From the NCBI GenBank assembly GCA_019661865.1, contig JAIFWJ010000001.1, forward strand, positions 110,809 through 174,808: a stretch of DNA of 64,000 bases, given 5' to 3'. The stretch comes from Candidatus Parcubacteria bacterium. GTDB lineage: Bacteria > Patescibacteriota > Minisyncoccia > Phycocordibacterales > Zambryskibacteraceae. The notes under the pieces were generated by a model. The model ran no database searches. It was given only the letters and a program-made list of their open reading frames with translations, and had not been told where the DNA came from. The first letter of the stretch is position 1, and every line of letters starts with the position of its first letter. Shown here piece after piece: positions 1 through 8,562 of the stretch. Position numbers and translations under genes: made by a program.

Positions 1-1097
1 ATCTCTTCTGCGACCAGCTTGGCCGCATCAGGCTTCTGGAGTGCTCTCTGTCCTTCTTTCATTCTCTCCCCTATCTCAGGGTGATCAATGATTCTTTTTA
101 TCTCACTTAATAATATATGTGGAGTTAGATTTTTCTCTTCTATTACTTCTGCTGCTCCAGCTCGAGCTGCGGCGAATGCATTCTTGGTCTGGTCGTGCGA
201 GACCGGTTCAGGAATGGGTATAAGTATCGCTGGTATCTGCCAGGAAGCAATTTCAAATATGGTCGAGCCAGCACGTGATACTACCACGGCTGCAGCACCG
301 GCTCCCATGCGTAATGCTAAGGGATTGAGATACGGGTAGGGTTTATAGCGTTTTTTATATTGGGTACCAGTTAAGACTGCGTCTGCAGTACGTTTAACTT
401 CATCGAAATTCTTCGCTCCAGTCTGATGAATTATTTGTACATCCTTCACAAATTCTGGTAGAGCCTCGATGATCGCATCATTTATGGTCACTGCTCCTTG
501 TGACCCACCAAGTACTAAGACAATGGGTGTGTCCTCCTCAAGTTCCAGATATTCTCTTGCTCCGCTTGAGACAGCCATGACAATATCTTTACGTACAGGA
601 TTACCGGTCAAAGCCACTTTTCCTTCCGGGAAAAATTGTGCAGCTTCTGGCCAAGAAACAGCAATACGCCGCGCGAACTTCCCTGCCCAGAGACTTACTC
701 TCCCTGGTACAGTATCAGACTCGTGTATAACCACAGGAATAAACAGAAGCCTGGCTGCCATAAGTACTGGAAAGCTAGCATATCCTCCCTTAGAAAAAAC
801 CACATCGGGATAAAGTCGGAAGACGGTAAAAATTGAAACTAGTATTCCCCAAGCCGTCTTAAAGAGATCGAAGAAATTTAAAAGTGAGAAATATCTTCTT
901 ATTTTCCCGGCCCGGATCTTCTTGTACTGAATATTATGCTCGAAGAGCACACCCTCATCGTACGGTGTGGGTGCCATGTAGTAGAGTTCTGGAGGTAAGA
1001 GATGCTTATCTTTAACCACCTGGTCCACAGCTTCTGCCACAGCAATGATTGGATAGAAGTGTCCACCTGTACCGCCTCCGCTAAATAAAATTCTCAT
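1..1097 (-). CDS. murG: UDP-N-acetylglucosamine--N-acetylmuramyl-(pentapeptide) pyrophosphoryl-undecaprenol GlcNAc transferase MurG (partial; C-terminus runs off window start)
   Basis: Not in the ORF track (open-ended). Reverse-complement translation from ATG at 1097 reads MRILFSGGGTGGHFYPIIAVAEAVDQ... with the GGSQGA motif further on (VLVLGGSQGA) and continues to position 1 without a stop. Overlaps the ftsW stop (ATGA). The plus ORFs 88..339 and 469..813 are antisense artifacts. Confidence 0.85.
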   Translation of the reverse strand, partial: MRILFSGGGTGGHFYPIIAVAEAVDQVVKDKHLLPPELYYMAPTPYDEGVLFEHNIQYKKIRAGKIRRYFSLLNFFDLFKTAWGILVSIFTVFRLYPDVVFSKGGYASFPVLMAARLLFIPVVIHESDTVPGRVSLWAGKFARRIAVSWPEAAQFFPEGKVALTGNPVRKDIVMAVSSGAREYLELEEDTPIVLVLGGSQGAVTINDAIIEALPEFVKDVQIIHQTGAKNFDEVKRTADAVLTGTQYKKRYKPYPYLNPLALRMGAGAAAVVVSRAGSTIFEIASWQIPAILIPIPEPVSHDQTKNAFAAARAGAAEVIEEKNLTPHILLSEIKRIIDHPEIGERMKEGQRALQKPDAAKLVAEE

Positions 1098-2203
1098 TTA
1101 ATTGCTCGTGATTTAGAAATTGAGAGGATGATGCCCACCTCGACCAAGGTTATGAAGAGCGAGGTGCCGCCATGGCTAACGAAAGGAAGTGTAATACCCG
1201 AGAGGGGTAAGACACCAAGCATGGCTCCAATATTTACAAACGCCTGGGCAACTATCATTATAACAATCCCTACAGTGAGCAGTCTACCGAAGGTGTCTGA
1301 GGTTTCTGAAGCTATTTTAAGTCCTCTTACGGCGAAGAATACATATAGGAGAATGAGAAGGCTAGCCCCCACGAATCCGAATTCTTCTGCTTCAACAGCA
1401 AAGATTGAGTCTCCGATAGGCTCTGGTAGAAAATTAAATTTCTGAACGCTTTGTCCGAACCCTCTACCGAAGACTCCTCCAGATCCTATGGCTATAAGTG
1501 ATTGCTGAATCTGGTAACTTGATCCTTGGCCATTTGCTTCAGGATGGAAGAAGGTATTTATCCTCTGCATTACATATGGGCGCGACAAGGCTAAGGCCGT
1601 TATTCCAAGTACACCCACAATTGTAAGTAGTACCACGTATCTCCACCTGCCCCCTCCACTCAGATAAATAGCCAGTCCTGCGAATATAATCATGAGAAAG
1701 TTGTCCGTGTCTGGCTGAGCTAGTAGAAGTACCGCCGCAAGTGTAAAGAGTCCGACCAAGGGCACGAAACCTTCTTTAAAATTTTTCATCTTTTCTTTCT
1801 TGGCAGCGGCCCAAGCAGAAAGATATACCACGAAGGCAAGTTTAAGAACTTCACTGGGTTGAAATGAAATTCCGAAGACGACGAACCATCTTCTAGCTCC
1901 CCCATGTTCAAACCCAAGTCCAGGAATAACTACTAAGACATTTAAAATAACCGCAATGATAAGAAACGACAGGGCATATTTCCTTAAATTTTTATAATCT
2001 CGTTTAGCTACGAGATACATGGCAAGAGAGCCAAGACAGAATCCAAGAACGGTTTGTGAAAATGCCACTGAGGAATACTGTGTGCTGTCCTTGGCAAGTA
2101 ATCCAAGTGAAGCAGAACTAAATATAAGCAGTCCTGCCACTATTAGAATTATTACAGACAGGAGAAACTGCTTATCTACTTTGAGTTTAGAAGCCATAAA
2201 CAC
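1094..2203 (-). CDS. ftsW: SEDS-family peptidoglycan glycosyltransferase FtsW/RodA
   Basis: 369-aa polytopic membrane protein with FtsW/RodA-like sequence, positioned between murG and mraY. Confidence 0.85.
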   Translation of the reverse strand: MFMASKLKVDKQFLLSVIILIVAGLLIFSSASLGLLAKDSTQYSSVAFSQTVLGFCLGSLAMYLVAKRDYKNLRKYALSFLIIAVILNVLVVIPGLGFEHGGARRWFVVFGISFQPSEVLKLAFVVYLSAWAAAKKEKMKNFKEGFVPLVGLFTLAAVLLLAQPDTDNFLMIIFAGLAIYLSGGGRWRYVVLLTIVGVLGITALALSRPYVMQRINTFFHPEANGQGSSYQIQQSLIAIGSGGVFGRGFGQSVQKFNFLPEPIGDSIFAVEAEEFGFVGASLLILLYVFFAVRGLKIASETSDTFGRLLTVGIVIMIVAQAFVNIGAMLGVLPLSGITLPFVSHGGTSLFITLVEVGIILSISKSRAIK

Positions 2204-2215
2204 AATTATACACGC

Positions 2216-3301
2216 TTAGATTATCCCCAATACGAGTCCTAAAAGAGCGAAGATCACTCCAATGATCCAATACCGCATCGTCACCTTGTATGGTGGCCAA
2301 CCTAGAGCTTCGAAATGGTGGTGTATGGGAGCGACAAGGAAAACCTTTTTCCCCTTACGAGTTTTTTTCGAGGTCACTTGGATAATGTTAGAAAGTGTAG
2401 TGACCAGAAGCGGGAGAGCAATTACAGGTAAGACCATGATGCCATGACCGTGTCCAAGTGCGTCTGTCATGAAGGCCACAACGGCAAGTGTAATAGTCAG
2501 TCCCATAGTGCCGGTCTCAGACATGTAATAACGCGCCGGTGGAATATTAAACCACAAAAATGCCAAGAGTCCTCCCACTACTACTGCACAGAATGCGGCC
2601 AAGTTTATCTGATTCTGATAGAAGGCGATGCCAGCGTATGCTGCGAACATTGTGGCAAATATTCCACCAGCCAGTCCATCTATGCCATCTATCACTCCAC
2701 CTGAGTAAAGTGCCAAGGTTACAAATATAAAGAATGGTACAAAAGCCCAACCCAAGTAAAGCTCTCCACCACTAAACGTTAACAATCCAAGAGTTCTTAC
2801 TTCAAGCTTTGTATAGAACCACCATGCACATATAAGGGCGATGAAAGTGACTATGAGAAGACGCTTCACTAGTGAGAGTCCCCCGGCTGCATAGTCTCGA
2901 CTACCGCGAGCCTCTAGATAATCATCGATAAGTCCTACTAGGCCACCAGCCACAAGAGTAAAGAGGGGAATCCAGGTTTGATTACGGCTCAGAAGGTCAA
3001 GCTTAGATGTGACATCTCCGGGAAAGTATCTTGCTACCAGGGATCCTACTACTACCGTGACAGCTACGGAGAGCCAGACCACTATACCTCCCATTCGAGG
3101 AGTACCAACTTCTTTATATTTATGAAGCTCGTTAAATATTGGTGTTCCACCGCCGCCCAGGCCGACATCCTTCCCTGCCTTCTTCTTCCACATCTCACGT
3201 TTATATAGGAAGTTAGTAAGTACTGGGGTAATACCTACTCCCAATGCGAAAGCAATGATGGTGGGGATGAAAACTTTAACTACATCAGCGATGATCACCA
3301 T
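2216..3301 (-). CDS. mraY: phospho-N-acetylmuramoyl-pentapeptide transferase MraY
   Basis: 361 aa with 10 TM-like segments and MraY-typical sequence (…PTIIAFALGVGITPVL…, DD loop GLIDDYL). Confidence 0.9.
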   Translation of the reverse strand: MVIIADVVKVFIPTIIAFALGVGITPVLTNFLYKREMWKKKAGKDVGLGGGGTPIFNELHKYKEVGTPRMGGIVVWLSVAVTVVVGSLVARYFPGDVTSKLDLLSRNQTWIPLFTLVAGGLVGLIDDYLEARGSRDYAAGGLSLVKRLLIVTFIALICAWWFYTKLEVRTLGLLTFSGGELYLGWAFVPFFIFVTLALYSGGVIDGIDGLAGGIFATMFAAYAGIAFYQNQINLAAFCAVVVGGLLAFLWFNIPPARYYMSETGTMGLTITLAVVAFMTDALGHGHGIMVLPVIALPLLVTTLSNIIQVTSKKTRKGKKVFLVAPIHHHFEALGWPPYKVTMRYWIIGVIFALLGLVLGII

Positions 3302-3310
3302 ATGAGTATA

Positions 3311-4282
3311 CTAGTTTTGGACTTGAGTAGTTGTTGATATAGAACTACTCTGGATAGTTTCTAGGGCAGCTTTCACAAGCTTCTGTACATCTTGGAAGCG
3401 AGCTTCATCGGTAGAACCTAAAACTGATATAACGATTGGCCGGCCTATTTCTGGATCGAAGGCAATTACTAGGTTACCTCCAGCCAGATCTGTAGAACCA
3501 GTCTTCGAGGCCCGAAGACCTGGGATCTCATTTACTATCACATCAGTATTCTTAGCCGTATGGACTGTATGGTCTAGCGTAGGAGTGGTGATATAAGGCA
3601 GTCTTGTAGCCTCGAACAAATCAGGGTGAGTCCTAAGCACATATGCAAAGAGTACTGACATGTCTCTGGCTGTGCCGTAAGCTCCGCTGCGATGGAAAGA
3701 TTCGTCGAGCCCAGTTTCGTTAAAATAATATGTGTTATCAAGGTTTAACTCCTCGGCTTTCTTATTCATAAGCCTAATGAATTCCTGGCGGGCTGCTTCG
3801 GGCTCCGAGGTAGGATTATCGAGAGATCCCAGAGTCAATGCTACAGCTCTCATGCCGTCGTTTGAAGAAGATGTAAGTGAGAAGTCGAGTAAGTCCTTAA
3901 GTGTCCATCTTTCCCCCACGTGGAGACCTGAGTCTCCGTCAGCAAGTATTGCATCTTGGGTTATGGTCACAGTGGTCCCACTTGGGGCCAAGTCACGCGC
4001 CACCAGTGCTGTCATCACCTTAGTGATAGAGGCAAGTGGTAGTCTCTCGTTTTCTTCCTTAGCGAAGAGAGTGTTACCAGTACGCACATCATATACATAG
4101 GCTGCCTTGGCCTCTAGGGTTATGTGATCGAAGGCGGAGACCACTTGAGTGGGCACAGACACTGCTTGACGCTTAACTCTGTGGCTCAGGACGAAGGATA
4201 GTGCCAAGAGTCCGATAAGGATCACACCTAAGACGCCAAAAAACTTAACCTCACCTTCGCTTGTCAGAAATGGATTATTCAT
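3311..4282 (-). CDS. D-alanyl-D-alanine carboxypeptidase (S11 penicillin-binding protein, DacA-like)
   Basis: N-terminal TM anchor, then SxxK (SITKVMT), SxN (SSSND) and KTG (SKTGST) motifs. Confidence 0.8.
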   Translation of the reverse strand: MNNPFLTSEGEVKFFGVLGVILIGLLALSFVLSHRVKRQAVSVPTQVVSAFDHITLEAKAAYVYDVRTGNTLFAKEENERLPLASITKVMTALVARDLAPSGTTVTITQDAILADGDSGLHVGERWTLKDLLDFSLTSSSNDGMRAVALTLGSLDNPTSEPEAARQEFIRLMNKKAEELNLDNTYYFNETGLDESFHRSGAYGTARDMSVLFAYVLRTHPDLFEATRLPYITTPTLDHTVHTAKNTDVIVNEIPGLRASKTGSTDLAGGNLVIAFDPEIGRPIVISVLGSTDEARFQDVQKLVKAALETIQSSSISTTTQVQN

Positions 4283-4826
4283 CTTGCTCTTTGCCTTCTG
4301 TTTTGGCGAAAGTATTTAATTTTTCGAATGCAGTTTTAAATTCCGGAAGCTCTTCTATCTTAGTTATGCCTAAGAAGCGCAAGAGTTCCGTCGTGGCTTT
4401 ATAACTAAAACTTCTCTCCCCTGTTGTGGAGTCCACTCTCTCTATAAGTCCTCTTATGAGTAAGTTACGCAGAATAAAGTTTGAATTTACTCCTCGGATA
4501 TAATCAATTTCTCTTCTAGAAATCGGACCCTTATAAAGAATGATAGAGAGTGTCTCGAGCCCTGCCCTACCAATGTCACGAGAGAGTTCTTCCTTCTGAA
4601 TTTCTTCAATTAACGAGCTTAGATTTGGGTGAGTACCGAAGCTTATTTCTTCACCATTTGACACGATGACTATGCCACGACCCTCATGACTTCTTTGTAA
4701 TTTGGAAATAGCGGAATCTATATTTTCGCGTGGTACTCCAAGTATCTTAGAGAGAGCTGTAAGTGAGATAGGCTCGTTTTTGAAAAGAAGTATGGCTTCT
4801 ATTTTCTGCTCGAGAGTAATGGACAT
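4275..4826 (-). CDS. scpB: segregation and condensation protein B
   Basis: 183 aa. ScpB winged-helix sequence, located downstream of scpA. Confidence 0.8.
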   Translation of the reverse strand: MSITLEQKIEAILLFKNEPISLTALSKILGVPRENIDSAISKLQRSHEGRGIVIVSNGEEISFGTHPNLSSLIEEIQKEELSRDIGRAGLETLSIILYKGPISRREIDYIRGVNSNFILRNLLIRGLIERVDSTTGERSFSYKATTELLRFLGITKIEELPEFKTAFEKLNTFAKTEGKEQDE

Positions 4827-4829
4827 GAG

Positions 4830-5582
4830 TTATGCGTAATTAGGAATACCTACAGTTTCTGTTTCCATTTCAATATTCTTGCCTTCTTGAGTGACTTTTA
4901 TGGCTCCGCGCTTCACCAACTCTAGCATGGCAAGGAAGCCCACAATAACTGCCACTTTCTTTTCCTGTGTAAGCTTACCTGTAGCACCCAGGTGCTTAGA
5001 TGCAAAGTCATTGAAGCTCATCTTTATTCCGCGTGCAATTCTTTCTGAAAGTTTCTCTATAGTTTCTTCTAGAGTTATCATTTTCCTCACTATTGCTTTA
5101 GGAAGTACTTCTTTCTTTGGCAAGGCTTCTATGAGTGCAAGTAAAGCTTCGGAAAGATCTGATACAGTTGTTTTCTTATCTGGAGAGAAAACAATAACTT
5201 CTTTCTTGGATGGCAACTTTTCGAAAATGATTTGTTTGCCGAATATCTTTCGTATTTCTTGTGAAAGTTCTTTTACTCGAGCATAGATCTTAAGTCGATG
5301 TTCAAGGTCCTCGATACTCCCCTCTTCTTCATCTGTAAGTTCGAGATTCGGAAGTAATGAACGGGACTTCAAGAGCATGAGAGTTGAAGCCACTACGATA
5401 AACTCTGCGCTCTCACTTATGGGAAACTCTTCGTGACTCTCGAGGTACGCTATGAAGTCATCTGTCACTTGGGAGAGTGAGACGTCTGAGACGAAGAGCT
5501 TCCTTTTCTCTATAAGGTCAAGAAGAAGGTCCAGAGGACCTTCGAAGACAGCCGTTTTGACCGAGTATTTAAACGCCTCCAT
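4830..5582 (-). CDS. scpA: segregation and condensation protein A
   Basis: 250 aa. Kleisin ScpA-like N-terminus (FEGPLDLLLDLIEKRKL). Confidence 0.8.
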   Translation of the reverse strand: MEAFKYSVKTAVFEGPLDLLLDLIEKRKLFVSDVSLSQVTDDFIAYLESHEEFPISESAEFIVVASTLMLLKSRSLLPNLELTDEEEGSIEDLEHRLKIYARVKELSQEIRKIFGKQIIFEKLPSKKEVIVFSPDKKTTVSDLSEALLALIEALPKKEVLPKAIVRKMITLEETIEKLSERIARGIKMSFNDFASKHLGATGKLTQEKKVAVIVGFLAMLELVKRGAIKVTQEGKNIEMETETVGIPNYA

Positions 5583-5639
5583 TTCTTAAACCTTATCATT
5601 TCTAGCCCCCAATTCCAATAAATGGTTACAACAAAAACC

Positions 5640-5668
5640 GCCCCTTGCGGAGCGATTTTTGTCAGGCC
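5640..5668 (-). terminator. rho-independent terminator after slt-domain gene
   Basis: On the minus strand: CCGC-AAGGG-GCGG hairpin followed by TTTTTGTTG. Confidence 0.5.
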
Positions 5669-5677
5669 AGTCATCCG

Positions 5678-6481
5678 TTAGGATCCTGCCTGTCTGAAGA
5701 GAGTTGCAGTGGCTACGACCTTGTACGGGTAGCCAGCAGAGTCGTCATGAAGACGTTTGGTGAACTTCTCTACAGATGCATCAGAGAGCAGTTTGTGAAT
5801 AGTCACATTGTGTGATTCCACATATGCTCTAAGTGTAGCTGAGTCGGAGACACCAGGAAGTGTGATTCCGTCATTTGCCTTGGCGTAAATCTGAAGCGCC
5901 TTTGTAACGTTACCCTCACCGGCATGGTATGCCCATGTGGCAAGACCCCAGTCGCCGAAGCGTTCGTAGTTCTCGGCAAGGTATGTAATACCGGCCGTGA
6001 TACTTTTCTCTGGGTCCTTGCGATCATCCTGCTTTTTATTCACAGTTAGACCAAGGTTACGAGCAGTACCTGGCATGAGCTGGTAGACACCAAGTGCTCC
6101 TGCACTAGACTTGGCCGTCTCAGATCCACCATTCTCGAGGAAAGCCACACCTATGGCCACGTCTTCTGGTACACCCTTCTTGGCAGCGACAGCCTTAATG
6201 GTATCGGCATGACGCTCGATCACATCTAGAGAAGCTGCATATGCTGGACGAGTACTCACGAAGTCCATTTGCTTGCCTATGATTGCGTCGCTCACATCTA
6301 CTGAGACATTACCGAAGAATGAGTCGACTATGGCTACTTCTGCCTTAACTACAGAGTTTGTAACATCTGTAAGAGGAGTAGTAACGGGACTTACAGGTAG
6401 TGCTGGGGCGAGTAGAGAGGTGCCCAGTATGGTACCGGACACAATGAGCTTAAAAGCTGCATTAATTTTTGTTGCTAACAT
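5678..6481 (-). CDS. secreted lytic transglycosylase (SLT domain)
   Basis: Signal-peptide-like N-terminus. SLT catalytic region ...GALGVYQLMPGTA.... Confidence 0.75.
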   Translation of the reverse strand: MLATKINAAFKLIVSGTILGTSLLAPALPVSPVTTPLTDVTNSVVKAEVAIVDSFFGNVSVDVSDAIIGKQMDFVSTRPAYAASLDVIERHADTIKAVAAKKGVPEDVAIGVAFLENGGSETAKSSAGALGVYQLMPGTARNLGLTVNKKQDDRKDPEKSITAGITYLAENYERFGDWGLATWAYHAGEGNVTKALQIYAKANDGITLPGVSDSATLRAYVESHNVTIHKLLSDASVEKFTKRLHDDSAGYPYKVVATATLFRQAGS

Positions 6482-6501
6482 AATTTTGGATTAGGACACT
6501 A

Positions 6502-6547
6502 ACGAATGTGCGAACTTCTTACGAACTTGGCCTGGTCGCACATTCGT
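6502..6547. repeat. perfect 12-bp inverted repeat (ACGAATGTGCGA / TCGCACATTCGT) with 22-nt loop, upstream of slt
   Basis: Read directly from the sequence. Loop contains a cgaactt direct repeat. Lies in the 5' region of the slt-domain gene. Confidence 0.6.
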
Positions 6548-6759
6548 CTAAATCCCCAATCTAAGCTCACGAGAAAGTTTGGGCGCAAAAAAACCGCGTT
6601 TCCGTGGTATCTCGTCTACGGTGCCCCTTTCAGTGGCTCTCTATTCAGTTGTACACCACATATTATAGGCTTGGCTTAACCTTGACGTCAACCATATGAC
6701 TTTGTCTAGTTGAGGCTTAAAATAACGATTTATTTCATCAGTACGAAATATATGAGAAA

Positions 6760-6781
6760 GGCCCCAACTTGCGTTGGGGCC
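6760..6781 (-). terminator. rho-independent terminator of the high-GC lipoprotein gene
   Basis: GGCCCCAAC-TTGC-GTTGGGGCC: 9-bp GC stem with 4-nt loop. On the minus strand it is followed by TTTCTCATATATTT. Confidence 0.6.
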
Positions 6782-6805
6782 ATAGTCAAACCTGTACTGT
6801 ACAGC

Positions 6806-7633
6806 CTACTGAACCAGCGTCGCCCAGCCGTTCTTCACCTCGAGGTGAGGCTTAGTGCGACGTGTGAGAGACGTGGAACGGAGGATCTCTGCGCCCAGGG
6901 CCGATTTGGCCGCGGTGACGCTCTCGTAGACGGCGCAATGGACGATCATCCGCCCAGTTTTCATGTCATGGTGGACGATCTCCCTGCGTGTATTGTTGGG
7001 AGTGCTGATGTTGAGGACTACACCCAGGCCAGCGGTGCTAGCGAAGGTCAGACTGTCGGTGCGCGAGCAGCCGAGCTCGTAGAGCTCCACAGGGAAGACG
7101 AAACGCTGGGTCAAGTCTTCGACATGGATCTCCTCGGTGACACTGACACTTCCTGTACGGACCCGACGTTCATGGGAACGCAATGGAAGCATTGTGCCTG
7201 ACCGGTTATCCATACCCCCGTCGCTGAACATAACCCTGGCAGTGTCGTAGGACATTACACCACGGTGATGCTGCGGATCCATCGGCTGCCAGTCAGAGAG
7301 AAACGAGATACTCGTCCTTTCCTGGCTGGTTGGGTAGATCCACCTCGCGCCGTTGACGCCCATGCCGATCGTGGCCCTGGGTCCGTCTTGCTCGAGTATC
7401 GTGGAAAACTTGTTCTCTCCTGTGGATACCCAGTGAAGACCGAAGGATACTTCCTCGAGGTTGAGACTCGACACAACACCGAAGAACGGCATCGTGTTCG
7501 GATCGGCGGACGAGTCCATCGAGATCGAAATGATCGAGACGGAGTTCGGGGCGATCGCGCGAGGAGACGTTGCACCGTCGCTGCACGCGGCCATTAAGGC
7601 TACGAGGCAAAGACCGAGAACGGATCGAGACAT
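6806..7633 (-). CDS. lipoprotein of unknown function (compositionally foreign, likely horizontally acquired)
   Basis: Lipobox MSRSVLGLCLVALMAAC. GC content visibly much higher than flanking DNA. The many overlapping ORFs on both strands in 7255..7650 are typical high-GC artifacts. AGGAG SD 6 nt before the ATG. Confidence 0.65.
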   Translation of the reverse strand: MSRSVLGLCLVALMAACSDGATSPRAIAPNSVSIISISMDSSADPNTMPFFGVVSSLNLEEVSFGLHWVSTGENKFSTILEQDGPRATIGMGVNGARWIYPTSQERTSISFLSDWQPMDPQHHRGVMSYDTARVMFSDGGMDNRSGTMLPLRSHERRVRTGSVSVTEEIHVEDLTQRFVFPVELYELGCSRTDSLTFASTAGLGVVLNISTPNNTRREIVHHDMKTGRMIVHCAVYESVTAAKSALGAEILRSTSLTRRTKPHLEVKNGWATLVQ

Positions 7634-7678
7634 TGAAGCTCCTGTATAGTTGGTTTGACTTAATGAACTTCTGTAGTC

Positions 7679-7707
7679 AGTATAGCACTTATAGCCTATC
7701 TTGTCAA
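7679..7707 (-). promoter_or_regulatory. sigma70-type promoter for the lipoprotein gene (TTGACA-17-TATACT)
   Basis: Minus strand -35 TTGACA (7702..7707) and -10 TATACT (7679..7684) with 17-nt spacer. Overlaps the last codons of the upstream carboxypeptidase gene. Confidence 0.55.
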
Positions 7708-8562
7708 GCTTGTCTGATCAGTTAGGCTTGCCTGTGCAACCAGGGGGAAACTATGGCTTAGAACATAGTCAATTAACTGTTTTTCATCGTGTATTCTGTC
7801 TTCTGATCCTAGGGCTATGAAGACCACCGGGTGGATTCCATCTACGCTTGGGAGGCCTAACACTGTGAGTATTGTCTGGCGAGCTGCAGTTGTTTGTCCA
7901 TTCTTCCCACCTACAAAGTATGGGTTATCTATAAAGTTATTGAAGTCATGCAGGTCGAGCCAAGTTCCCTGCCCTCCCTTACCTGCTGTAATCTTAAATA
8001 TTTCTGGATGCTTTTCATAAATATATTTAGCAAGTGTGTAGAGATCTTCAGCGGTAGAGATGTTGTCCTGGGATATACCAGAAGGGTCGGCATAGCGTGT
8101 ACTATTCATCCCGAGTGAAAGTGCTTTTAGATACATTAGTTTTAAAAAATTTGTCCAACCGACAGAGTGAGTAAATATATTCGCAGCTTCATTCGAGGAT
8201 TCCATAAGCAGTGGATACAAGAGATTCCTGTATCTTACATCGTCACCTATCTTAAAGCGTGTCTTAGAAGTACTTACAAGATCGTCAGGATATACCACTG
8301 TTATGTCATCTAGGTTCACATTCTCGAGTGCTATCACTGCTGTCATGAGTTTCGTTATTGAAGCGATGGGAACTCTCTTAGTATCATCTTTATTCAAGTA
8401 CATTTCTCCAGTCTTTAGATCCTTAACCAGATATACGGGTGCAGAAAATGTGGAAGAGGTACTTAACTCAGCTTTTAACGGATATTTCGTAGCATGGAGA
8501 AATACACTATATAAGATTGTGAGGGCTATTATTGCGACTATGGCTCCAGTTACTTTACGCAT
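7696..8562 (-). CDS. D-alanyl-D-alanine carboxypeptidase paralog (S11 family)
   Basis: SxxK (SITKLMT) and SxN (SSNEA). The third motif reads KNG (GGKNGQT) instead of KTG. N-terminal TM. Confidence 0.7.
   Translation of the reverse strand: MRKVTGAIVAIIALTILYSVFLHATKYPLKAELSTSSTFSAPVYLVKDLKTGEMYLNKDDTKRVPIASITKLMTAVIALENVNLDDITVVYPDDLVSTSKTRFKIGDDVRYRNLLYPLLMESSNEAANIFTHSVGWTNFLKLMYLKALSLGMNSTRYADPSGISQDNISTAEDLYTLAKYIYEKHPEIFKITAGKGGQGTWLDLHDFNNFIDNPYFVGGKNGQTTAARQTILTVLGLPSVDGIHPVVFIALGSEDRIHDEKQLIDYVLSHSFPLVAQASLTDQTSLTR

Noticed and set aside
88-836. Plus-strand ORFs 88..339, 469..813, 636..836
   Set aside because: They are antisense to the open-ended murG reading frame, which translates cleanly on the minus strand across 1..1097.
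7255-7650. Cluster of overlapping ORFs on both strands (7255..7575, 7265..7597, 7293..7610, 7461..7649)
   Set aside because: Typical stop-codon-poor artifacts of a high-GC segment. They lie inside or opposite the lipoprotein gene 6806..7633.
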